IMG/VR virus record: IMGVR_UViG_3300036778_000047
Span: 1-37,353 of that record
DNA: 37,353 nucleotides
Reading direction: 5' to 3' (one strand)
Origin: a virus
Lineage: Duplodnaviria > Caudoviricetes
Both the position numbers and the translations under genes were made by a program. This document shows positions 24,483 to 33,472 of this stretch, in pieces (the first letter of the stretch is position 1; each line of letters opens with the position of its first letter). The notes below the pieces were generated by a model. That model saw nothing but the letters and a program-made list of their open reading frames with translations. It did no database searches and was not told where the DNA came from.

Positions 24483-25331
24483 ATGATCCTGCTGGTCCAT
24501 CGGTCCCGACCCGATCCGCGCATTGTCCCTACGGTCGCGCTCGAATTGGACCTCTCGCACCCGCTGGCCGCCGGACTGCTTTACTGTTTGCTGCCGGGCG
24601 GCGCATCGGCGCTTACCGATCTGACCAGCCGCTGGACCACGCTGCAGAATGGCAGCGGATTGGCGAACGTCGCAACGTCCATGGGGCCGTGCCTCTCGTT
24701 TACGGTGGGCAACTCCTATCTGTCCGTCAACAAGGGCTTTGCGCACGATTACCCGCAGCCGCTCACCTATTCGTTTTGGGTCAACATCCCAAGTTTGCCG
24801 GTTGCTGAAATCCTCTTCGATGACAGCGGATGGTCTGGCACTGCGGAAATAGGCGGCCTCGGCGTCGGCATCGGAAACGGTGACGCGTCGACCTCCGGGT
24901 CCGACCTGTTAATCCCGTTCTGGGGGGTTTCCTGGCAAGACACGGGCGTCACGCTGAGCACCGGCTGGAATCACATCGTGGTGGTTCTGCAGTCCTCGCA
25001 CTCGACGGCATATCTAAACGGCGCGCTGGCGTTCACGGGCTCATCGACTATGGCGACGCCCCAAGCATGGGGGCTGCTCATAGGGGCAGACGCCGATCCC
25101 GGCAGCTTGCGATACAGCAAAAGCACTTTCGCCAATTTCTACGTGCACAGCCGCGCCCTGTCCGCGGGCGAGATCGCCCGTCTCTACCTCGAACCGTTTG
25201 CGATGCTGCGGCCGCTCGATCGCCGCACCTTCTACGCCCCGATTGTCGCTAGCGAGACGATCACGGTCGACAAATGGTTTCAGCCGGCCGCGCAGCCTCG
25301 CCTCGCCCGGGCTGAGATGGTGCCATACTGA
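24483..25331 (+). CDS. LamG/concanavalin A-like domain protein
   Basis: TYSFWVN, GWNHIVVV, AYLNG, IGA, RALSAGEI..LY..PF; ends in an ETITVDKWFQPAAQP unit. Confidence 0.8.
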   Translation: MILLVHRSRPDPRIVPTVALELDLSHPLAAGLLYCLLPGGASALTDLTSRWTTLQNGSGLANVATSMGPCLSFTVGNSYLSVNKGFAHDYPQPLTYSFWVNIPSLPVAEILFDDSGWSGTAEIGGLGVGIGNGDASTSGSDLLIPFWGVSWQDTGVTLSTGWNHIVVVLQSSHSTAYLNGALAFTGSSTMATPQAWGLLIGADADPGSLRYSKSTFANFYVHSRALSAGEIARLYLEPFAMLRPLDRRTFYAPIVASETITVDKWFQPAAQPRLARAEMVPY

Positions 25332-26155
25332 TGGCACGCATTCTCTATCCGCGGCTGTTCGCGCCGCTGTCGCAGGCGCCCGAGGCAACCAGCGTCGATC
25401 GGTGGTTTCAACCCGCAGCGCAGCCGCTGCTGGTCCGCCGGCAGTCCGCCGCCGTCCTATCCGCATCCGGCGCCTCGCTCTGCCCGTTTCCGCTCGGGGC
25501 CGCGCCCGAAACCGTCACCATCGACAAGTGGTTTCAGCCGGCTTCCCAGCCGCTCATCGTCCGGACACTCCCGGCAGCCGCTCGTTCCGCCTCGGGTGCC
25601 TCGCCCAGCCCGGCGCCCGGCGCGCCCGAGGCGGTCACCGCGGACCGCTGGGCGCAGCCTGCCTCACAGCCGCGCGTCATCCCGACGCTGCCAACGGCCA
25701 CACGCGCTGCGTCCGGCGCGTCACCAAGCCCCTATCCGCTCGGGACCGCACCCGAGGTGGTGCTGGAAGACAAATGGCACCAGCCGCCCTCGCAGCCCGT
25801 TCTACGCGGCGGGCAGACGGCCGCCCTGCGGGCCGCCTCCGGCGCCTCGCCCAGCCCCGCCCCGGGCGCACCCGAGACCGTTACGGCCGATCGCTGGGCA
25901 CAGCCGCCGACACAGCCCGTCCTGCGGCGCGGCACGCTCGCGGCCCTGCAGTCGACGATCGGCGCCAGTCCGATCCTGGTCCCGCCGCCCGAGGTGATCC
26001 GCGCCGACAAATGGGCACAGCCGCCGACACAGCCGCTGATCATCCGCACCCTGCCCGCCGCCGTACGCGCGGCATCCGGCCAGGCGCCGATCGGCTTCAA
26101 GATCATCCCCTATGTGCCCGGCCCCTCGGCCGGCAATTTCTTCCTGGGCGGCTGA
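25331..26155 (+). CDS. Pro/Ala-rich protein made of six ~40-aa repeats
   Basis: Six copies of PE-x4-D(K/R)W-x-QP-x2-QP...GAS(P); TGATG coupling. Confidence 0.8.
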   Translation: MARILYPRLFAPLSQAPEATSVDRWFQPAAQPLLVRRQSAAVLSASGASLCPFPLGAAPETVTIDKWFQPASQPLIVRTLPAAARSASGASPSPAPGAPEAVTADRWAQPASQPRVIPTLPTATRAASGASPSPYPLGTAPEVVLEDKWHQPPSQPVLRGGQTAALRAASGASPSPAPGAPETVTADRWAQPPTQPVLRRGTLAALQSTIGASPILVPPPEVIRADKWAQPPTQPLIIRTLPAAVRAASGQAPIGFKIIPYVPGPSAGNFFLGG

Positions 26156-26156
26156 A

Positions 26157-27689
26157 ATGCGTGTCGCACTGACCGGCGGCGCCTATACGGCGCGGTCCGT
26201 CATCGCGGCCGCACAGCGGCAAGTTAACCTGTTCACTGAGCCAATGGCCGAGCAGGAGGGAGAGGGATCGCCGGCCTCGCTCTATCCGACGCCCGGGCTG
26301 CGGTTGCTCGCCACGCTGCCGCAAGGGCCGATCCGCGGCATAAAGACGACCACCACCGGGTCCGTCTACGTCGTCGCCGGCTCAGGCGTCTACGCCGTCG
26401 CATCGGACTGGTCATACACGCTGCTCGGCTCGATCACGCTGGGCCTGACGACGCCCGTCTCGATGGCCGACAACGGCCTGCAGCTGGTCATCGTCGACGG
26501 CACGCCGAACGGCTGGCAAGTGACGCTCGCAACCAACACTTTCGCGCCGATCATCGACTCAACCGGCAGCTTTCGCGGCGCCGATCGGGCCGACTATCTC
26601 GATACGTTCCTGCTGTTCAACGTGCCCGGCTCACCGCAATTCCAGGTTTCCGACAGCCTCGCGGTGACCTTCAACCCGCTCTACTTCGCCAACAAAGAGA
26701 GCTTTTCGGACCAATTGGTGTCGCTGGTCGTCGCGAAGCGGGAAATCTGGCTGCTGGGGTCGCTGACGACCGAGGTTTGGTATAACACCGGCGCAAGCGA
26801 CTTCCCGTTCGCCTCGATGCAGGGCGTTTTCATCGATCGCGGCTGCTACGCCAAATATTCGCCCGCCGAGGCCGACAACGCCGTCTATTGGCTCAGCCAG
26901 GACCGCTATGGAAAGGGCATCGTGCTGTCCGGCGCGGGCTATGCCGCGACGCGCATCTCGACCTATGCCATGGAAGACGAGATGGCGCGATACGCGGCCA
27001 TTTCGGACGCGGTCGGATACACCTATCAACTCGCCGGGCACCTCTATTACGTGCTGAGCTTCCCGAGCGCCGACAAAACCTGGTGTTACGACATCACGAC
27101 CAAGCTCTGGCACGAGCTGGTCTGGCTCGACAGCAACGGCGTCGAGCACCGCCATCGGGGCAATTGCGCTTGCAACGCCTATGGCAACGTCGTCTGCGGC
27201 GATTGGCAGAACGGCAACCTTTACGTGCTCGATCGCAGCTATTTCACCGATAACGGCAGCCCGATTAAGCGCGTGCGGGCGTTTCCGCACCTGCTGGCGG
27301 ATGGCAAGCGGGTGTTTTACCGGCAGTTTCTCGCCAATCTTGAGGCGGGCAATCCCGGCGGTGATGTCACCCTGCTGGCGCCCCCTGCCCCTTTTGCCAG
27401 TGAGGACGGGTTTTTCATCCTGCGGGAAGATGGTTCCAGGCTGATGCGGGAGCCAGGCGTTAGAGGCTTTGGCGGCGGTCTCGTCAGCCTCCGCTGGTCG
27501 GACGATCGGGGCCGCAGCTTTGGCAATCCGGTGACGCAGTCGATCGGCACGAGCGGGCAATACGTCACCTCGTTGCAGTGGCAACGACTAGGCATGGCGC
27601 GTGACCGGGTTTTTGAGCTGAGCTGGTCGCTGCCGATCGCAACCGCGCTGCAAGGGGCATGGATCGACGCCAGGCCCGGCCAATCATAG
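26157..27689 (+). CDS. Tail hub / packaged-DNA stabilization protein (P22 gp10-like)
   Basis: LYPTPGL, VSMADNG, TTEVWYN, RISTYAME, TW.YD..T..WHE, LRWSDDRG, W.RLG..RDRVFE. Confidence 0.9.
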   Translation: MRVALTGGAYTARSVIAAAQRQVNLFTEPMAEQEGEGSPASLYPTPGLRLLATLPQGPIRGIKTTTTGSVYVVAGSGVYAVASDWSYTLLGSITLGLTTPVSMADNGLQLVIVDGTPNGWQVTLATNTFAPIIDSTGSFRGADRADYLDTFLLFNVPGSPQFQVSDSLAVTFNPLYFANKESFSDQLVSLVVAKREIWLLGSLTTEVWYNTGASDFPFASMQGVFIDRGCYAKYSPAEADNAVYWLSQDRYGKGIVLSGAGYAATRISTYAMEDEMARYAAISDAVGYTYQLAGHLYYVLSFPSADKTWCYDITTKLWHELVWLDSNGVEHRHRGNCACNAYGNVVCGDWQNGNLYVLDRSYFTDNGSPIKRVRAFPHLLADGKRVFYRQFLANLEAGNPGGDVTLLAPPAPFASEDGFFILREDGSRLMREPGVRGFGGGLVSLRWSDDRGRSFGNPVTQSIGTSGQYVTSLQWQRLGMARDRVFELSWSLPIATALQGAWIDARPGQS

Positions 27690-27698
27690 GACGAACCG

Positions 27699-29093
27699 AT
27701 GGCAAGCAATACGATTTCCGGTGATACGACTGTCCCATACAAAAGCAGTCTGCTCATTCCGGCCGTGGACCTGTCACTGCCGGCCGGCTCGCAAAACGTC
27801 AATACTCTGGCATCTTCTCTTGCGGGCGGCCAGCCGCTTTCGGTCAAATGGTTCGGCGCCAAGGGCGACGGCGTCACCGATGACGCCGCAGCTATTCGGG
27901 CGGCGATGGCCGCCGCAGGCTACGGGGGCCGCATAGACTTCCCGCCTAGCAGCGGCGCCTATATCATCAACAGCGTGATCAATGTCGCGCCGACGAACGG
28001 CACTCAGTCGGGGCTGCAATTCACCGGCTCGCGCAAGGGCACAGTGATCAGCCCCGGCGCTTCGATGACCCAGCTGTTCAATATCACCGGCAACGAAGTG
28101 TCATTTACGGGCATCAGCTTTACCAACGTCAGCAACCACGCGGCCAACGGCGTGGCGCTGACACAGGCGTCGGAGCCGTCCGACTATTCCGTGCTGTTCG
28201 ATAACTGTTGCTTTATCGGCTTCAACGCCGCCACGGGCAACGCTGGCATTGTCGCGAACAAAATCTCGCAGATGTCCATCACCCGGTGCGAGTTTATCAA
28301 CAACGATGTGCACCTGCTGATGACTGACGTCCAGAACACCACCATAGACGGCAACTACATGCTGGGCGGGCGTATCGGGATGCACTGGCTGCTGGGGAGC
28401 GGGGAAAGCCAGGCGCTGGAGCCGCAAGGCGTCCAGATAACCAACAACTGCATCCTGCTGAACGTTGCCAACGGCGCCGGTATCCAAATCGACTGCGCCA
28501 TCGAATTCTACATCGGGAGCAACGTCGTCGATTGCTATGCCACGGGCTCGACGGCGGTGCTGATGAACACATCAGGATCGGATGCGGTCGCGGCGATCAA
28601 ACTCATTGGCAACTGGCTGGCCGGCGGGGCGGGGGCGTATTCAGTCTTCTGCGCTGGCAACACCAGCGGGATCGACCTGATTTCCAACACCATCCTTCCG
28701 AACAACAGCAACACCTATCTCGCCGGCATCTCGCTGAGCAGCACAAACGGCTACACGATCATCGCCAACAACTTCCTGGCGATGCCGGGCCTGCCTCCGG
28801 AGATTTCCACATCCGGCACCGTCAACGGCAACGTGTTCGGCAACAAGTCTTCGAACAGCGGCGGCAATTCCACGACCAACATAGTGACCAACATAGCAAC
28901 GACGGGCGTCGCCGGCGTATCGGCTGGAAAGTTCACCCTCTCATCGACGGCCACAATCACCAGCGGCGCGGGCGCCCCCGGAACTGTGGTGCAGCCGGCT
29001 GGCTCCCTCTACCTGAACACGTCCGGCGGCGCAGGCGCGCATCTCTACGTTTCGCAGGGCGGCGGCAGCTGGACGGCAGTCGCCAGTGTCTGA
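27699..29093 (+). CDS. Tailspike-like right-handed beta-helix protein (depolymerase candidate)
   Basis: SVKWFGAKGDGVTDDAAAI.AA pectate-lyase-type start, Asn-rich beta-helix, C-terminal GAP....PAGSLYL...G...LYV...W. Confidence 0.85.
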   Translation: MASNTISGDTTVPYKSSLLIPAVDLSLPAGSQNVNTLASSLAGGQPLSVKWFGAKGDGVTDDAAAIRAAMAAAGYGGRIDFPPSSGAYIINSVINVAPTNGTQSGLQFTGSRKGTVISPGASMTQLFNITGNEVSFTGISFTNVSNHAANGVALTQASEPSDYSVLFDNCCFIGFNAATGNAGIVANKISQMSITRCEFINNDVHLLMTDVQNTTIDGNYMLGGRIGMHWLLGSGESQALEPQGVQITNNCILLNVANGAGIQIDCAIEFYIGSNVVDCYATGSTAVLMNTSGSDAVAAIKLIGNWLAGGAGAYSVFCAGNTSGIDLISNTILPNNSNTYLAGISLSSTNGYTIIANNFLAMPGLPPEISTSGTVNGNVFGNKSSNSGGNSTTNIVTNIATTGVAGVSAGKFTLSSTATITSGAGAPGTVVQPAGSLYLNTSGGAGAHLYVSQGGGSWTAVASV

Positions 29094-29110
29094 TTTGGAG
29101 CGCTCATAAC

Positions 29111-29884
29111 ATGGTGGCCCTGCTACCTCCCGCAGAACTGCAATTCTGCGACGCGAACGGCGTTCCCTTGGCCGGGGGCCAGCTGTTTACTTACGTCCCG
29201 GGCACGACCACGCCAAAAGCGACCTGGTCCGAAGCAACCGGAACCGCGCTCAACACAAATCCGATCGTACTGGACGCCGGCGGTCGCTGCATCATGTATG
29301 GCGACGGGGTCTACCGCACCATTCTGATGGACGCGGCGGGCAATCTGATATTCGATCAGCTGACCAGCTCGCTTGTGTCCTCGGCCATGGCGCCGGTGAT
29401 TTCGGCGCCGGATCTGGCAACGGCGCGCAGCCTGCTGGGCGTGATCGACCCGACCGCCTCACTTGCCGCGCTGTCCGCCGCGCTCGCCACGGAAACCGCC
29501 GCCCGCGTCTCTGGTGACAGCACCGAAAGCGCCGCTCGCATCGCCGCGGATAACACCGAAAGCGCCGCTCGCATCGCCGCCGACAACGCCATCAACGCCC
29601 TGATCGCCACGCTACCCACAGCAACCGGCTTTCCCGCGGGCATCCGCCTGCAATACGGCAACGGCATCACCGACAGCTCGGGCAACCTCACGGTGACTTT
29701 CCCGATCGCGTTTTCAGCGGCGCCCACCGTGTTCGTGACCGAGCAAAGCGGACCGTCGTTTTCCGGTCTCGCCAGCTATGCGATCACGTCGACCTCGTTT
29801 CAGGTGTTCTCGACCAAATCGTTTACGACCGGCGCCGGCCTTGGCCCCGCCGGCTTCGCCTGGCTCGCACTCGGCGCGCAGTAA
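29111..29884 (+). CDS. Tail fibre/spike protein with coiled coil and gp53-like tip domain
   Basis: QF.DANG.PLAGG.L.TY..GTTTPK.T...NTNPI.LD..GR N-domain, 11-residue repeats, C-terminal LQYG...VTFPIAF...WLALG. Confidence 0.75.
   Translation: MVALLPPAELQFCDANGVPLAGGQLFTYVPGTTTPKATWSEATGTALNTNPIVLDAGGRCIMYGDGVYRTILMDAAGNLIFDQLTSSLVSSAMAPVISAPDLATARSLLGVIDPTASLAALSAALATETAARVSGDSTESAARIAADNTESAARIAADNAINALIATLPTATGFPAGIRLQYGNGITDSSGNLTVTFPIAFSAAPTVFVTEQSGPSFSGLASYAITSTSFQVFSTKSFTTGAGLGPAGFAWLALGAQ
29521..29586 (+). repeat. 33-bp tandem duplication encoding TESAARIAADN
   Basis: Two near-identical copies of CACCGAAAGCGCCGCTCGCATCGCCGC(G/C)GA(T/C)AA. Confidence 0.85.
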
Positions 29885-30243
29885 TGGCCGCGTCGCTCAA
29901 AACCGGCTTTCCGAATGCACCCTTCATCGACCCGGTCACGGGCGATCTTGCGCCGGTCTGGCGGTCCTTTATCCTCTCGCTCTATCAGCGCACCGGCAGC
30001 GCAGAGGGCATCTCTAACACCGACACAGCAGCCTCGATCGCCGCCGAGGCGGTGACCCGGGCTGCCGGCGACGCGCAACTCGCGGCCTCAGTCACCAATG
30101 AGGCGACGCTGCGCACCGCCGCGATAACCGCCGAGGCCAACGCCCGCATCACGGCCATTGCCAATCTCACGGCGCAAGTCGCTGGGCTGTCGACCGGACA
30201 GCAAAGCCCGCAGACCTTGGCCGCTATCTGGTTCGGCCGATGA
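29884..30243 (+). CDS. Tail needle-like coiled-coil protein (gp26-like)
   Basis: P..P..DP.TG....W..F...L..RTG N-terminus followed by EA..R..A repeats. Confidence 0.6.
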   Translation: MAASLKTGFPNAPFIDPVTGDLAPVWRSFILSLYQRTGSAEGISNTDTAASIAAEAVTRAAGDAQLAASVTNEATLRTAAITAEANARITAIANLTAQVAGLSTGQQSPQTLAAIWFGR

Positions 30244-31622
30244 TACTCGACACTGCCACACGCACGCTGGAAATCGTCCTCGGCGAGGCGATGACGACCA
30301 GCAACTGCGACATCACCGCGTCCTACGCGATGACCAGCCAGACGTCCTTTGTGACCGCGGCTGCGTCGCTTGTTTCCAACGGCACGACAGCGGTCACGGT
30401 GGTCCCGGCGCCCGACGTCAGCACCCAGATCCAGGTCAACGAGGTGCGGCTGCACAATAACGACACGGTCACACACGTCGTAACGCTGCGGCTCAACGAT
30501 AACGGCACCCGGCGAGTCGTCTTGACGCAAATCCTCGCCGCCGGGCGCGACTTTCTGTACACCCCCGCCTCGGGCGGCGCTGTCTCGATAACCTCGTCAG
30601 ACGTGATCGCCGCGCTAAGTTATACGCCGTATAACGCGACAAACCCGAGCGGCTACCAGACCGCGGCCAACGTCAACGCGACGCTTGCCTCGCCGCCGGC
30701 GATCGGGGGCACCGCGGCGAATGCTGCGACCTTTACAAGCGTCAATACGGGGCCGCTGGCGGGGTTTAGGAACGCGGTCACGAATGGGGGGATGGACGTC
30801 TGGCAACGGGGCACCTCGATTGCGGCGACGAATGGGGCTTATCTCGCCGATCGCTGGAAAACGCTGCTCGATGGCTCAGGCTCGACTGCCACGGTGTCAC
30901 GGGTGGCTTGGGCGCTCGATACCGGGACATCGTGGTCGCTGAGCTACGCCGTCACAGTAGCCGGGTCCGGCGGCACCTATCGCCAGCTGCTGCACCCTAT
31001 CGAAGACGTCCGCACGTATAGCGGCAAGCAGGTGACTGTTAGCTTTTGGGCGACGACCGCAAGCGGCACGGCGACGGTCGGGATCTGGCTGCAGCAGTAT
31101 TTCGGCACCGGCGGCAGCCCGAGCGCGTCTGTCAATCAGACCGTGCAGAACATCACCGCGACGACCACGCCGACCCGCTACTCGGCGACGTTCACGCTGC
31201 CAACCATCGTCGGAAAGACGCTCGGGAGCAACAACGACCATTATCTCGGCGTGGTGTTCAATCTGCCCGTCAATACGGTCGTCACGGTGGCGGTCACGGA
31301 CGTTCAGGTCGAGCCCGGTCCGGTATCTACGCCTTTCGAGATCCGGCCGCAGCAGATCGAGTTTGCGCTCTGCCAGCGGCATTTTCAGACCGGATCGACG
31401 ACGCTCCAAGGCTATGGCGTCACCGGCACGGGCATCAGCATCACGCATCCGCTGCCGGTCGTGATGCGCGTGGCGCCGACGCTGACGCCCACGGCCTCCA
31501 ACACGAACCTAACCAGCCCGGTTCTGGGCGCGGCGGCTGATCATCTGGGGGCTGTCGGCACGGTCACGGCAACCGGCAATTTCTCACTGAGCTACACCTG
31601 GACAGCATCGGCGGAACTCTGA
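30240..31622 (+). CDS. Modular tail fibre with carbohydrate-binding-like domain
   Basis: ALSYTPYNATNPSGY linker, RN.V.NG.MDVWQRG...ADRW...VQVE.G...TPFE.RP...E...CQR domain, terminal ASAEL. Confidence 0.75.
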   Translation: MILDTATRTLEIVLGEAMTTSNCDITASYAMTSQTSFVTAAASLVSNGTTAVTVVPAPDVSTQIQVNEVRLHNNDTVTHVVTLRLNDNGTRRVVLTQILAAGRDFLYTPASGGAVSITSSDVIAALSYTPYNATNPSGYQTAANVNATLASPPAIGGTAANAATFTSVNTGPLAGFRNAVTNGGMDVWQRGTSIAATNGAYLADRWKTLLDGSGSTATVSRVAWALDTGTSWSLSYAVTVAGSGGTYRQLLHPIEDVRTYSGKQVTVSFWATTASGTATVGIWLQQYFGTGGSPSASVNQTVQNITATTTPTRYSATFTLPTIVGKTLGSNNDHYLGVVFNLPVNTVVTVAVTDVQVEPGPVSTPFEIRPQQIEFALCQRHFQTGSTTLQGYGVTGTGISITHPLPVVMRVAPTLTPTASNTNLTSPVLGAAADHLGAVGTVTATGNFSLSYTWTASAEL

Positions 31623-31624
31623 TC

Positions 31625-32215
31625 ATGCGATACTTTCAACAGATTGCGGCCAATGTCGACGTGTTGCCACTGTTGCACGCGGTCCAGCGCCAGCCCGAGA
31701 TGTGGAACGCCAATCGGGTGCGAACGGCGCACCCGCAATCGGCACACCGCGTCGTCGATGATATCGTGCTGCGCTATACGCCGTATAACGAGGGCGAGGA
31801 CTTTCTCGACAAGGTCTGCAGCTCGATTGCCTGCGTCAACACGCCGGCTTTCGCGCAGCTGCCGCAGGCGCAACCGATCGTGCTGGGGCTGATGGCAAAG
31901 GTATCCGGCGAACACCTCGGGCGCGTCTTCATCAGTCGCATGGCACCGGGCGTCTCGATCCCGTGGCACAATGACCGCATTCCGCCGGACGAGGACGCGT
32001 TTCCCGACCGGGTGCCCCCGGCGGTCTACTACGAGCGCTATCAGGTCGCGCTGCAGGCGCAGCCGGGGGTCGTCTTCCAGGCTGGGGATGAGAAAGTCTT
32101 CATGGCGCCGGGCGATGTGTGGTGGTTCGATAACTGCGCCGAGCACACCGTCCTGAACAACTCGGCCGATGACCGGATCAGCCTGGTGATCGATATTCGG
32201 CCATTCCGCACCTAG
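31625..32215 (+). CDS. Aspartyl/asparaginyl beta-hydroxylase-like 2OG-Fe(II) oxygenase
   Basis: SRMAPG.SI.WHND (HxD), M.PGDVWWFDN..EH.V.N....RI.LVID. Confidence 0.85.
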   Translation: MRYFQQIAANVDVLPLLHAVQRQPEMWNANRVRTAHPQSAHRVVDDIVLRYTPYNEGEDFLDKVCSSIACVNTPAFAQLPQAQPIVLGLMAKVSGEHLGRVFISRMAPGVSIPWHNDRIPPDEDAFPDRVPPAVYYERYQVALQAQPGVVFQAGDEKVFMAPGDVWWFDNCAEHTVLNNSADDRISLVIDIRPFRT

Positions 32216-32223
32216 GCACGGCG

Positions 32224-32679
32224 ATGATCACTTACGCGGTCGAGCCATGGGCGCAGTACCTGGCCGACTGCGGCGAGCTGTGGCGGGAGCACTATGACGA
32301 GATCGCCGGCGACAAGGCGCGGATGCCGATGCGGCCGGACGCGGCGCGGTTTGAGACGCTGGAAGCGGCCGGGCAACTGCAGATCGTGGTGGCGCGCGAG
32401 GCGGGCCGGATGGTCGGTTACATGCTGTTTGTGGTCACGCCGCACCCGCACTACGCCGACGTGCTCTGTGGTTTCGAGGACGCCTATTTCCTCTCGATGC
32501 CCTACCGCAAGGGCTGGACGGGCGTTCGGCTGATCCGCGAATCGCTGCGCTGCCTGCAGGCGCGCGGCGTGCAACGCTGGTTCATTCACACCAAGAAAGC
32601 CAAGGATATGGGCCGCATTCTGCAATTCCTCGGCGGTGCCCACGCTGACGAGATATACTCGGGCTGGATCGGAGACTGA
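32224..32679 (+). CDS. GNAT-fold acetyltransferase-like protein
   Basis: VVAR..GRMVGY, YFLS..YRKGWTGVRLI acetyl-CoA-loop-like segment; sits just before the ejection genes. Confidence 0.75.
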   Translation: MITYAVEPWAQYLADCGELWREHYDEIAGDKARMPMRPDAARFETLEAAGQLQIVVAREAGRMVGYMLFVVTPHPHYADVLCGFEDAYFLSMPYRKGWTGVRLIRESLRCLQARGVQRWFIHTKKAKDMGRILQFLGGAHADEIYSGWIGD

Positions 32680-32680
32680 C

Positions 32681-33460
32681 ATGGGAATAGGCGCGGCAGT
32701 CGCGGGCGCGGGCTCTCTCATTTCGGCCGGCAGCTCGCTTATCGGCGGCTCTCAAGCGTCTGGCGCAGCGTCAAACGCTGCCAGTCTGCAGCAGCAGCAG
32801 GCGGCGCAAACCCGGGCGGATCTGCTGCCCTACAATCAGACCGGCCAGGCGGTGCTGCCGAACCTGCAGTCACTGGTGACCGGCGGCCCGACCGGGGGCG
32901 GTCCGGATTACGTCTCACAGGCGGCGGGGCTGCAACCCGGCCAGATGACGCAGGCCGAGCTTGAGGCAACGCCCGGCTATCAGTTCAACTTGAGCCAAGG
33001 GCTGCAAGCGACGCAGAACGCCGCCGCGGCGCGCGGCCTCGGGGTCAGCGGCGCGGCGCTGAAAGGCGCGGCGACGTTCGCAACCGGGCTGGCGGACAGC
33101 ACGTATCAGAATCAATTCAACAACGCCCAGACACGATTCCAGAACGCGCTCAACCTCAACACGGCGCAGCAGGGCAACCTGACGAACCAGTATAGTCGGC
33201 TGCTGGGCACCGCGAGCCTCGGCGAGAACGCCGCAGCGCAAACCGGCTCGACGAACCAGCTGGGCACCAATGCAGCCGGAAACTACCTGAACCAATCCGG
33301 CCAATTGGGGGCCGCAGGCACGGCCGGCGTGGGAAGCGCCATCACCGGCGCGGCGAATAACTACCTGACGGCCAATCTGCTGCAGCAGGCAATCGGCAGC
33401 GGCAAGACTGGCGGCTATCCCGCCCCCGTTAACCCCGGCGGCAACAATCCATTGGGCTAG
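32681..33460 (+). CDS. DNA ejection/transfer protein (gp7-like)
   Basis: Gly/Ala hydrophobic N-terminus, PY...G, TPGYQF...QG.....N.AAARG...SGA.LK; GGAG RBS. Confidence 0.8.
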   Translation: MGIGAAVAGAGSLISAGSSLIGGSQASGAASNAASLQQQQAAQTRADLLPYNQTGQAVLPNLQSLVTGGPTGGGPDYVSQAAGLQPGQMTQAELEATPGYQFNLSQGLQATQNAAAARGLGVSGAALKGAATFATGLADSTYQNQFNNAQTRFQNALNLNTAQQGNLTNQYSRLLGTASLGENAAAQTGSTNQLGTNAAGNYLNQSGQLGAAGTAGVGSAITGAANNYLTANLLQQAIGSGKTGGYPAPVNPGGNNPLG

Positions 33461-33472
33461 GAGTGACCGCAG

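Noticed and set aside
24483-31622. Diversity-generating retroelement acting on the lectin or fibre genes
   Set aside because: No reverse transcriptase and no template/variable repeat pair differing at adenines was seen.
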